From Vulcanimicrobiaceae bacterium (GTDB taxonomy: Bacteria > Vulcanimicrobiota > Vulcanimicrobiia > Vulcanimicrobiales > Vulcanimicrobiaceae), in assembly GCA_046262595.1 (NCBI GenBank), contig JBHEMM010000020.1, positions 501 to 43,413 of the forward strand: a stretch of DNA of 42,913 bases, read 5' to 3'. Numbering within the stretch: position 1 is the first letter of the stretch; every line of letters starts with the position of its first letter. Shown in pieces: positions 31,979 to 40,636 of this stretch. The notes under the pieces were generated by a model. That model worked only from the letters and a program-made list of their open reading frames with translations. It was not told the origin of the DNA and did not search any database. The translations under genes were made by a program, and so were the position numbers.

Positions 31979-33588
31979 AGCGCCCTCACGCTGATCGCGG
32001 CGGTGCGGAGCATTTCGCGGGCCGCGTTCCAGCCCGGAGCGCCCATCACGCCGCCGCCCGGGTGCGCGGCCGAGCCGCACAGATACAGGCCCTCAAGCGG
32101 CATTTTGTATCCGGCGTGTCCGGGCGCCGGACGGAACATGAACAACTTGTCCAAGTTCATCGCGCCTTGGAAAATGTTTCCGCCGGTGAGTCCGAACGTT
32201 TCTTCCAAGTCCTTCGGCATGAGGACCTGGCGATCGATCACCGACGACGTGAAACCCGGCGCGTAGTGTTCGACGGTTTCGAAACAGCGATCGGCAAAGG
32301 CGCTCTTCTTCTGCGGCGTCCAACCGCCGTCACGCAGCGCATACGGCGCGTATTGAACGAACATCGACATGAGATGTTTCCCCGGCGGAGCGACGCTCGG
32401 ATCGACCGCTGAGGGCATCGTGCACTCCACGATCGGATCGCGCGAGGGGCTTCCGTACTTCGCGTCGTCGTAACCGCGCTCGATGAAGTCCTGATCGGGG
32501 CACAGGTGCACCGTGCCGCGATGCTGCGGCCCGGATTCATGGCCGGGCAGGGCGGTAAAGTTCGGCAGGCGCTCCAACGCGACGTTGATCTTCGCCGAGG
32601 CGCTCTCATAGCTCATCGTGTTAATGCAAGCCAGGAAACCGGGCGGCAGCTGATCGTGCGCGCTCGCCAACAGCTTGTTGAATGTGACATTGCAGTCGGC
32701 GTTGGACGCAATGGTTTTCGAAAAAAACTCTTGCCCGTCCGCAAGCACGACGCCGCTCACGGTGCCGTTGCGGCTGATGATCTGCGCGACCTCGCTGTCC
32801 AAGCGGATCTCGACGCCGAGATCCGTTGCGGCGCGCGCGAGTGCTTGCGTGAGCCCGCCCATGCCGCCTTTGACGTATGCCCAGACGCCGCGTTTGCCGT
32901 TCGTCTCGCCCATGACGTGATGGAACAGCACATATGCCGTTCCCGGCATCGACGGCGCTGCAAACGCGCCGATGATGGCGTCGGTGGCGAGCGTCGCTTT
33001 CAACGCTTCGGATTCAAACCAGCGATCGAGGATCGGGCGCGCCGCGCCGGTCAACACTTCGATCGCCTCGCCCATTGCGGTACCGAGCTTCTTCACGTCC
33101 ATGCCGAGCATGCCCATTTGGAGCAGGTCGCCCAGCGACGGCTTCACGACGTTGGGCGGCCGCTTCACGAGCGTGGGTTCGATGACCGAAGCGACACGCA
33201 TGAGCATTTCTTCGTACTTCGGATAAGCGGCGGCGTCTTTTGCACTGAACTTGGAGATTTCACTCACGTTGCGCTGCGGCGATCCGCCGAGCATCAAGTA
33301 CCGGCCGTCCTCAAAAGGTGAAAACGACGCCGGATCGCGCTCGAGCAGCTCGAATCCGTATGCGTCCAAGTGAAGGTCGCGTACGATCTCCGGCCGGAAC
33401 AGGCTGTTGACGTATGCCGCCGTGGAGACTTTAAAGCCCGGAAACGTTGCTTCTTCCGTGACGCAAGCGCCGCCGGCGATATAGCGCCGCTCCAACACGA
33501 GCACGTTCCATTTCGCTTTTGCCAGATAACAGGCCGTTACGAGGCCGTTGTGGCCGCCCCCGATGACGATCGCGTCGTAGGTTTTCAT
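31975..33588 (-). CDS. FAD-dependent oxidoreductase, COG1233/PYROXD2-like (alternative start GTG 33597)
   Basis: GGGHNGL, VLERR..GGA, GGMGGL, GGNIFQG, LYLCGSAAHPGGGVMGAPG. Confidence 0.85.
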   Translation of the reverse strand: MKTYDAIVIGGGHNGLVTACYLAKAKWNVLVLERRYIAGGACVTEEATFPGFKVSTAAYVNSLFRPEIVRDLHLDAYGFELLERDPASFSPFEDGRYLMLGGSPQRNVSEISKFSAKDAAAYPKYEEMLMRVASVIEPTLVKRPPNVVKPSLGDLLQMGMLGMDVKKLGTAMGEAIEVLTGAARPILDRWFESEALKATLATDAIIGAFAAPSMPGTAYVLFHHVMGETNGKRGVWAYVKGGMGGLTQALARAATDLGVEIRLDSEVAQIISRNGTVSGVVLADGQEFFSKTIASNADCNVTFNKLLASAHDQLPPGFLACINTMSYESASAKINVALERLPNFTALPGHESGPQHRGTVHLCPDQDFIERGYDDAKYGSPSRDPIVECTMPSAVDPSVAPPGKHLMSMFVQYAPYALRDGGWTPQKKSAFADRCFETVEHYAPGFTSSVIDRQVLMPKDLEETFGLTGGNIFQGAMNLDKLFMFRPAPGHAGYKMPLEGLYLCGSAAHPGGGVMGAPGWNAAREMLRTAAISVRAL

Positions 33589-33613
33589 GGGCGCCACATA
33601 CTATTGAAGGCTC

Positions 33614-33802
33614 ATGAAGTCCCTGGCGCGCTTCGGACTTGCCGCGATTCCCTCGATCATGCTTATTGCGGCACCTTTCTTGGTGAACGCCGATCGGCCG
33701 CGCGTGTTCGGGCTGCCGCTGCTTCTGGCGTGGATCGTCGCATGGGTGGTGCTCACGCCGTTCTTTCTCTTCGGCGCCGACCGCTTTCGCGAGGAACGAT
33801 GA
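33614..33802 (+). CDS. DUF3311 small membrane protein
   Basis: PFLVN..RPRVFGLPLLLAWIVAW; ATGA overlap with the SSS gene. Confidence 0.75.
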   Translation: MKSLARFGLAAIPSIMLIAAPFLVNADRPRVFGLPLLLAWIVAWVVLTPFFLFGADRFREER

Positions 33803-35229
33803 CCCCCGGCATTCAGGCAATCACGATCATCGCGGCCGTGGTTCTCGCCACGATCGGCTTCGCGCTTTACGCGGTACGCCGCTTCAAGATGGAGCCGCAG
33901 GAGTTTATCGTCGGCGGACGCTCGTTCGGCGCGCTGCTGCTGTGGATCTTGCTCGCGGGCGAGATTTATACGAGCTTCACGTTTTTGGGCGCCGCCGGCT
34001 ATGCGTACGGGCGGGGCGCGCCCGCATATTACATTATGGCGTACGGCACGGTGGGGTATACGATCGCGTACTTCTATTTGCCCGCAGTGTGGCGCATCGG
34101 CAAGCAGCGTAATCTGATGACATGGCCCGATTTTCTGTTCGACCGTTACGGAAGCAGAGCGCTCGCCGTTACCGTTGCGGTACTGCAGTTCTTCCTCGCG
34201 GTCCCCTACGTTACGCTGCAATTGAGCGGCCTGCAAACGATTTTAACGATCGCCGGATACTCGCAGTTCAACGCGACGGCCGACGTGGGCATCGCGTTTG
34301 TGCTGATGTCGCTTTTCGTGTTCACGGCCGGGCTGCGCGGTGCGGCCTGGGCAAGCGTCATCAAAGACGCGCTGGTTTTGATTGCCGTGCTGTTCGCCGG
34401 AATCTATCTGCCGCTGCATTTTTTCGGCTCGGCCGGCGCGATGTTCGATCGCGTCGCCGCCGCCCATCCGCATTGGCTTTGGCTGCACGCCGGCGGCGCC
34501 CCGTTCGGCACAAACTGGTACGTCTCGACGGTGCTCTTGACGAGCATCGGCTTTTTCATGGGACCGGCGAGCGCGCAATCGATCTTTTCGGCACGCAACG
34601 AGCAGTCCGTGCGGCGCAATATGATGCTCATGCCGATCTATCAACTCGTCATTATCTTCGTTTTACTCGCCGGCTTTACCGCGCTTGTCGTCACGCCCGG
34701 CCTCACGGGTAAGGCCGTCGATCAGTCGTTTCTGCTGCTGCTGCAGCATTATTTTCCGGCCTCGGTGCTCGGTTTCGTGGGCGCTGCCGGGTGCCTGGCG
34801 GCGCTTATCCCGGCTTCCGTGCTGCTTCTGGGCGCGGCCAGCATTTTTTCGAAAAACGTCATCGGGAACACGCGCTACGTGCGCGTGCTCGTGTTGGTTT
34901 GCGCCCTTCTGGCGCTCGTTTTGTGGCTGTTTGCGAGTGCGAATTTGGTGGATCTGCTCTTGTTCTACTACAACGGCATCACGCAGTTTGCGCCGGGTAT
35001 TCTGCTCGCACTGTGTTGGCGGCGCGTGAGCGCCTGGGGCGCCGGAGCGGGACTTGCCGCCGGCGAGCTCGTCGCGTTGTGGTTTCTGCACTCGACCTAT
35101 TCGACGAGCGGTCCGGCCGGTATCAATCCCGGCCTCCTCGCGCTAGCATGCAACGTCGCCGTGCTGGTTGCTGTCACGCTGGTTTTTCCGCGGGCGCAAA
35201 AGTTGCGGGCCGCGAACGACTCGCCCTGA
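33799..35229 (+). CDS. Sodium:solute symporter
   Basis: ATG 33799. EFIVGGRSFG, AGEIYTSFTFLG, PYVTLQLSG, GLRGAAW; multiple transmembrane segments. Confidence 0.85.
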   Translation: MTPGIQAITIIAAVVLATIGFALYAVRRFKMEPQEFIVGGRSFGALLLWILLAGEIYTSFTFLGAAGYAYGRGAPAYYIMAYGTVGYTIAYFYLPAVWRIGKQRNLMTWPDFLFDRYGSRALAVTVAVLQFFLAVPYVTLQLSGLQTILTIAGYSQFNATADVGIAFVLMSLFVFTAGLRGAAWASVIKDALVLIAVLFAGIYLPLHFFGSAGAMFDRVAAAHPHWLWLHAGGAPFGTNWYVSTVLLTSIGFFMGPASAQSIFSARNEQSVRRNMMLMPIYQLVIIFVLLAGFTALVVTPGLTGKAVDQSFLLLLQHYFPASVLGFVGAAGCLAALIPASVLLLGAASIFSKNVIGNTRYVRVLVLVCALLALVLWLFASANLVDLLLFYYNGITQFAPGILLALCWRRVSAWGAGAGLAAGELVALWFLHSTYSTSGPAGINPGLLALACNVAVLVAVTLVFPRAQKLRAANDSP

Positions 35230-37298
35230 CACTTCGCCTCGACGCCGTCCGGATCTGCCGGCGGCTCCGCGCGGAACGGAATGTCGTCAACCGAGTCGAG
35301 CGGTTCGTAGCCGAGCGATCGCGCCCGGTCCAACGACCAAAACGCCGCGCTGTTGTTGGAAATTCCGTAAACGCACGTGTAGCTGACCGGCTCGTGTTCC
35401 AGCGCGGCAAGCAGCAACTGCGCCAGATCGCGCGGACTGATCCAGATCGCCCGGTCTATGTCGTACTGGGGGTGCGCCGCGACGTGCCCAATGCGCAGGC
35501 ACACCACCTCGAGACCGTACTTATCCGCATAGTGCCGCCCCAGCGCTTCGGCGAACACCTTGGAAACCGCGTAGAAGCTGTCGGGCCGCACGGGGGCCGA
35601 TTCGTCAATCGCAATCGCGCGCGGATAGAATCCCGTCACGTGACCGGTGCCCGCCAGCACCACGCGCCGCACGCCTTCAAGGCGCGCCGCTTCCAGCACG
35701 CTATACGTGGCGCGCATGTTGTGCTCGAGCAGACGGTCAAACGAGTTCTCTTTCGAAATCCCGCCCAGATGAACGACCGCACGCGCGCCCCGCATTGTTT
35801 TGCGCGCGGCGTCCACGCTGCGCAGGTCCGCGCGGATGAAGCGGTCTTCGCCTTTGGGGATTTTGAAAGGAACCGCATCGGTTAACCACAACGGCCCGAG
35901 CGCATCGCGCAGGCGATCTCCGACCAGACCAAAGACATTTCCGGCGGCGCCGGTTATCAGCACGGGTCCGCCGTCCGCTGCGGGCGCAGCAACTGCGCGG
36001 CGTTTCTGCACGAGCTCGCGCACAATGGCAACAATGCGCTGCGCGTCCGCGCGCTTGGGAATCCACAGCTGCCCGGGCGGTATGCGCGTCGCGCGGAAAA
36101 ACACAACAGTATTGAACAGGGCCCCGGCAACGTACGTTACGGTTGAGGCCAAAGCGGCGCCGGCCAAACCGAAGCGCGGCACGAGCGCAAAGCACGCCGC
36201 TGTTTGTGCCGCAATCATGACGATGTTGACCGCGGTTACGAGCAGCGGCCGCCCGAGTTGAAAAATGAAAAATGATGCAAACGTGCCGGCACTGCTGAAA
36301 GCAACGATGCCGGGCAAGAGCACGCGCATCGGCGTGGCGGCAGCGTCGAATCGCGCACCGTAGACGGCATGCACGAGCAGCGGCGCAAAGACCGCAAGCG
36401 GCACGGCGCACAGCAAGCAGATAGCAAAGCCGGCGCGCACCACATGCGCGGTGATCTCTGCGGCGCGGCCTTCGCTTGCGACGCCGATTTCTCGCCCAAC
36501 CGCGGCGTTGACCGGGCGAGCGATCATGAACAGCAGCTCGCCGATGCTCACGGCGACGGAGTAAACGCCGAAGACCGGCAAACCCAGCAGCGCGATCAGA
36601 ATGAGCGAATCGACCCGGTAGTTCAGCAGCCCCAAACCGGAGTTCAACGCCGATTGAGCGCCGAATTGCGCGAATTCACGCAGGCGGGCGCCAAGCTCGC
36701 GCCGGTGCAGGCGGCCCGCATCCCGCGCAACGTCCGCAGCAATCGCGACGGCACCGGCGTACAGCGCCAAGAGCCACGCGGCAATGACGCCGGGCGTCTC
36801 GCGGCCGAACGCGAGCGCTGCCGCGGTGAGAGCCAGCGTACCGAACGCAATCGCGATGGATTGAATGTTGAACGTGCGCAGGCGGTCGGCGGCGACGTAA
36901 TAGTTCTGCTGCCAAGCGATGACGACCGACGGCGGCAGGCCGGCCGCAAAACCGATCGCGGCAAGCGTCCATCCGTGGATGCCCGCATAGATTGCGCAGG
37001 CGGCGGTGCAAAACGCCGTAATCAGTCCAAACGTAACGGCGATGGCGGGCAACAGCTCACTTGCGGTGCGCCGCTGCTTCGTCATCAAATACGTTATCGC
37101 CGCGCCCGCGCCGCCCGCGACAGCAACCGGAATTGAAAGCAGCGTTTGCACGCCGCTATAAACGCCTTTGCCCTCGGGGCCGAGCGCGCGAGCGACGATG
37201 ATGCCGGTCAGGACGGCGAATGCGGAAACAAGCAGGCGCGCCGCAAACGTTTGCGCGGCCTTTGCGCCGACTGCGGCGCCGAAGCTGCGTGCGGCCAT
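35097..37298 (-). CDS. Wzx/MOP-type flippase fused to a uronate-dehydrogenase-like extended SDR
   Basis: ATG 37298. Membrane part has IVARALGPEGKG, NYRVD.LIL..LLG...FGVYSVA, VYGARF and LVPRFGLAGAALAS. Soluble part has LITGAAG, VHLGGISKE, RPDSFYAVSK and LRIG. No stop between the two parts. Confidence 0.8.
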   Translation of the reverse strand: MAARSFGAAVGAKAAQTFAARLLVSAFAVLTGIIVARALGPEGKGVYSGVQTLLSIPVAVAGGAGAAITYLMTKQRRTASELLPAIAVTFGLITAFCTAACAIYAGIHGWTLAAIGFAAGLPPSVVIAWQQNYYVAADRLRTFNIQSIAIAFGTLALTAAALAFGRETPGVIAAWLLALYAGAVAIAADVARDAGRLHRRELGARLREFAQFGAQSALNSGLGLLNYRVDSLILIALLGLPVFGVYSVAVSIGELLFMIARPVNAAVGREIGVASEGRAAEITAHVVRAGFAICLLCAVPLAVFAPLLVHAVYGARFDAAATPMRVLLPGIVAFSSAGTFASFFIFQLGRPLLVTAVNIVMIAAQTAACFALVPRFGLAGAALASTVTYVAGALFNTVVFFRATRIPPGQLWIPKRADAQRIVAIVRELVQKRRAVAAPAADGGPVLITGAAGNVFGLVGDRLRDALGPLWLTDAVPFKIPKGEDRFIRADLRSVDAARKTMRGARAVVHLGGISKENSFDRLLEHNMRATYSVLEAARLEGVRRVVLAGTGHVTGFYPRAIAIDESAPVRPDSFYAVSKVFAEALGRHYADKYGLEVVCLRIGHVAAHPQYDIDRAIWISPRDLAQLLLAALEHEPVSYTCVYGISNNSAAFWSLDRARSLGYEPLDSVDDIPFRAEPPADPDGVEAKCQGESFAARNFCARGKTSVTATSTATLHASARRPGLIPAGPLVE

Positions 37299-37299
37299 G

Positions 37300-38412
37300 T
37301 TAGGGGCTGCCAGTGCCCGGCAGGCGCGCGGCGAAGGCGGCGCCGGCGAGCATCCTGCCGCCAAGGACGCGCGCGCGGCGGGCCAGCGTTTGACGCACGC
37401 CGTCGTTGGCGTACGCAGCCGGCAGCGCCAGCGCCGTCGCCGGTCCGCGCAGCCGCCGTCCGTTCGCGTAGTATGCGTCGGTCAAGTGCATGCGTCCGCG
37501 AAACGGACGCGGCAAGCCTTCGCGTTCCAGCGCCCATGCCACATAACGGCGCACGTCCGCTCCAAAGCGCTGCGGCAAACCGGCCATTGCAGCCGCGGCG
37601 CATAATGCCGCCTGCAGCGGTACGCGCTGCACCTTCTCGCGTGCACTGGCCTCCGCAAGCCGATCCAGCAGCGCGGTTTTGCCGTGCACAATCATCGCGA
37701 TCTGCACGACGTCGCCCAAACGGTACAATCCCGCGCCATGCAGCGCAAGATGAAGCGCCGAACCGTACTCATCCAAACGGGTGGCCGGGCCGGCGGGTCC
37801 TTCGATCTGCCGGTGGTAAGGCGCGAGCGCGTCCCAGCCCGTCGCAAGCGTGAAAGAACCGCGCGGCGCCAGGGCAACGTGAAGCTCCAATGCTTTGCTG
37901 AATGCCGGCGAGACGAGCGGCGCGAGATGGTGATGGCGCATGCGGTAACCGGCGGCTACGCCGGGCTGCTCGTACGCATAGCCTGCCGCCGCAAGCGCCG
38001 TTACGGCGGCGTCCGCATCTTGCGGGCGCACCAGCGCGTCGAGGTCGAAGATCTGCGAACGTTCCGCGATCGGATCGCCCGCATAAAGCCGCGCCGAACT
38101 TTTGAGCAAGACGGCCGGAATCCGCGCATCCCGCAGCACGGACACGATCTGCGCGGTCTGCGCGCGCGCTTCAACCGCCTGCAGCGCGAACGTCCCCGCA
38201 TAACGCTGCAGCATGACGCGCAGCGGCCGCAACTCGGGCGCGCCGATGCGGTGCGTGAGGAACGCTTCGAGCAGATACGCGCTGCATTTGTGACGCGCCG
38301 AATGTCCGAACAGCTGCGCGCCCGGAACGGAGTGCAGCGCGGACTTCAGGCGTTCGTGATCTGGCCGCACGAGCGCCGTCATCGCTTCGAACAGCGCGGA
38401 AAACGGCCGCAT
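37300..38412 (-). CDS. Nucleotidyltransferase (NTP_transf_5-like, as found in lasso peptide loci)
   Basis: VLLKS, R...DLDALV and LELH motifs; operon context. Confidence 0.75.
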   Translation of the reverse strand: MRPFSALFEAMTALVRPDHERLKSALHSVPGAQLFGHSARHKCSAYLLEAFLTHRIGAPELRPLRVMLQRYAGTFALQAVEARAQTAQIVSVLRDARIPAVLLKSSARLYAGDPIAERSQIFDLDALVRPQDADAAVTALAAAGYAYEQPGVAAGYRMRHHHLAPLVSPAFSKALELHVALAPRGSFTLATGWDALAPYHRQIEGPAGPATRLDEYGSALHLALHGAGLYRLGDVVQIAMIVHGKTALLDRLAEASAREKVQRVPLQAALCAAAAMAGLPQRFGADVRRYVAWALEREGLPRPFRGRMHLTDAYYANGRRLRGPATALALPAAYANDGVRQTLARRARVLGGRMLAGAAFAARLPGTGSP

Positions 38413-38877
38413 TTAACCGCTCTTCTCCAGAACGATCTCCCGCACGCCGCCGGTAAACGCGATGGGCGGTCCCTCGATAACCGAGCCGTCATGCGAGACC
38501 CACGCATGGCCGTGCAGCCGCTCGCGCGAGTTGCTGCGGTGCTCGATCCCAAAATGCAGGCGAAGCCTTCCGGTATCGCACTGCAGAAAACGGTACAGCG
38601 TCATTGCGCGAATGTAGCACGTGTTATGCCGAGGGAAAAAGCGAACCAGCCAAAAGGCGCGCATCCGCGAAAGCGTTCCCCGATCCGCGCGCCGCAACGC
38701 GCCCTCGCGCAGCGTGCGCACAAACGACGAAAGTTCCGTCTTCGCCATACGGTTAGGTGCCGTCGCGATAAACCATCCCACCTGCACAAAGAGCGGCAGG
38801 TTGCGCGGATGGCCGACGACCGCTCTGAAGCGCTGCGCGATGCCGCGCGGCGTCCAGGGTGGGGCTAACATCTCCAC
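38413..38877 (-). CDS. Lasso peptide B2-type transglutaminase-like leader peptidase (start GTG 38877 or ATG 38871)
   Basis: TCYIRAMTLY (catalytic Cys), LHFGI, GHAWV (catalytic His); about 150 aa. Confidence 0.85.
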   Translation of the reverse strand: MEMLAPPWTPRGIAQRFRAVVGHPRNLPLFVQVGWFIATAPNRMAKTELSSFVRTLREGALRRADRGTLSRMRAFWLVRFFPRHNTCYIRAMTLYRFLQCDTGRLRLHFGIEHRSNSRERLHGHAWVSHDGSVIEGPPIAFTGGVREIVLEKSG

Positions 38878-39746
38878 CGCCGCCGTTCGCGCGCGCTGTA
38901 AAATGTCGCGATAAAGCCTGCCTGCTGTGCCGCCGCGCGCACCAGCCCGCCTTTACGCAATACCGCCGTATCGCCATGCGCGGGAACGGCGGCGTAAACG
39001 GCCTTCACCAACACGTCACCGGCGGCGCGCGTCTGGTGCAGCACATTCCACCGCATAGCCGACCGGTGCGCCAGCACGAACTGCGCGTATCCGACGCCAT
39101 AGAAGAACTGCTGCCGCCAGTACGCGCGCCACGTCCGGCGGTGACGGTGCATGACCAGCGCGCGCGGCTCGTAAACGAATGGTCCATCGTGCAGCCGCCG
39201 CATTCGCGTGTGGAGATCGCAGGCGTCGTACGTGGCAAAGCGCGCGTCGAACCCGCCCGCTTCCTGAACATACGCTTTACGGTATAAGGCGTTGCTCGTC
39301 GGTGCGAATGGGAAACGCGGATGCCGCAGCGAGCGGATAGGGTCGAGTCCGCCCATCAGATCGACGAACCGCGCCGCGGGCGTCGCCGATTGAAAACCCG
39401 TCGTTTTACCTGCTGCACCCAACGCGCCGGGTTCGCGCTCTGCGGCGCGCACGAGTGAGGCGAGCCAACCCCGCGAACACACGCAATCACTGTCGGTGAA
39501 CGCGATCCACGCGCCTGCAGCGTGCGCAATTCCGGTGTTTCGCGCCGCCGGCGCGCCGGCATTGCGCTGACGTATCACCTGTACGCCGCACGCTTTCGCG
39601 ATTTCCGCCGAATTGTCGGTGGACCCGTCGTCGACCACGATGATCTCGTACTGGTCTCTCGCAAGCGTTTGATACGCCAGCGAGCGCAGGCACTCTGCGA
39701 GCGTATCGGCGCCGTTGTATACCGGAATAACCACCGAAACGTTCAT
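38865..39746 (-). CDS. Glycosyltransferase family 2
   Basis: ATG 39746. VSVVIPVYN, VDDGSTD, ARNTG, FTDSD, GGFD. Confidence 0.9.
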   Translation of the reverse strand: MNVSVVIPVYNGADTLAECLRSLAYQTLARDQYEIIVVDDGSTDNSAEIAKACGVQVIRQRNAGAPAARNTGIAHAAGAWIAFTDSDCVCSRGWLASLVRAAEREPGALGAAGKTTGFQSATPAARFVDLMGGLDPIRSLRHPRFPFAPTSNALYRKAYVQEAGGFDARFATYDACDLHTRMRRLHDGPFVYEPRALVMHRHRRTWRAYWRQQFFYGVGYAQFVLAHRSAMRWNVLHQTRAAGDVLVKAVYAAVPAHGDTAVLRKGGLVRAAAQQAGFIATFYSARERRRWRC

Positions 39747-40636
39747 GCGCCGCCCCTGCGCACGTGCCACGCGCGCAAACCGAAGCCGAGCCAAAAGTTT
39801 TTGGTCCAGAGCGACTGGTAGCGCAGAAACTCCGCCCGCCGTTGGTCGAGGATGCCGAAAGCGCAGCCCGCGGCGGCAGCCGCTGGCGTGAGCGCGCGCG
39901 AAAGCAGGACACCGCACAACCGCAGGGCTTTCGCCGCGTCCCACTGCACTTCGCAGGGGTACATGCGGTAAAGATCGGCAACGCCGGCGCCGTAACTGCG
40001 CGCTTGGCGCCGCAACGCGGCGTCATCGGCGCGCGCGCGATGGTAGAGCACCGCATCCGCACAATAGACGACGCCCTCGCCGTACGCGCGCTGCAGGCGG
40101 TATGAAAAATCGACGTCTTCGCCCGTGAGCAGCGCTTCGTTCCAGCCGCCCACGGCGCGGGCCGCAGCAGCACGCACGGCCAAATTGAGCGAGGGAGCGA
40201 ACGGAAAAGGCTTGCGCGCGGCGGCAATCTGCGCATCGTATAGACCCGCAGCTTGGACGTAACGTTCCGCCGGTGTTTGCGGCGGATAACACAGCGTATG
40301 CCCTGAGACGAGCACCGTCTCGGGCTCGGCAAACGGCTTGACGATCTCGCTCAGCCACCGGCGGCTGGGCACCGTATCGGCATCGAGATGTACGACGATC
40401 GCGCCCTGCGCGGCACGCAAGCCGCAGTTTCTTGCTGCAGCCGGCCCCCGCCGGATCTCGTCGAGAACGCGCGCGCCCGATGCGTGCGCGAGCGCCTTCG
40501 TGCCGTCTGTCGAGCCGTTGTCCACGACGATCAGCTCGAAAGCCGGCGGCCGCGCCTGCGAGCGCAGCGCGCGAAGCGTTTCACCCAGCGTCGATTCCGC
40601 GTTCAACGCCGGGATAACGACCGAAACGTCCGTCAT
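39743..40636 (-). CDS. Glycosyltransferase family 2
   Basis: VSVVIPALN, VDNGSTD, ARNCG, HLDAD, GEDVDF. Confidence 0.9.
   Translation of the reverse strand: MTDVSVVIPALNAESTLGETLRALRSQARPPAFELIVVDNGSTDGTKALAHASGARVLDEIRRGPAAARNCGLRAAQGAIVVHLDADTVPSRRWLSEIVKPFAEPETVLVSGHTLCYPPQTPAERYVQAAGLYDAQIAAARKPFPFAPSLNLAVRAAAARAVGGWNEALLTGEDVDFSYRLQRAYGEGVVYCADAVLYHRARADDAALRRQARSYGAGVADLYRMYPCEVQWDAAKALRLCGVLLSRALTPAAAAAGCAFGILDQRRAEFLRYQSLWTKNFWLGFGLRAWHVRRGGA

Noticed and set aside
31975..33588. crtI carotenoid desaturase
   Set aside because: No crtB/crtE is nearby, and the motifs fit the broader COG1233/PYROXD2 group.
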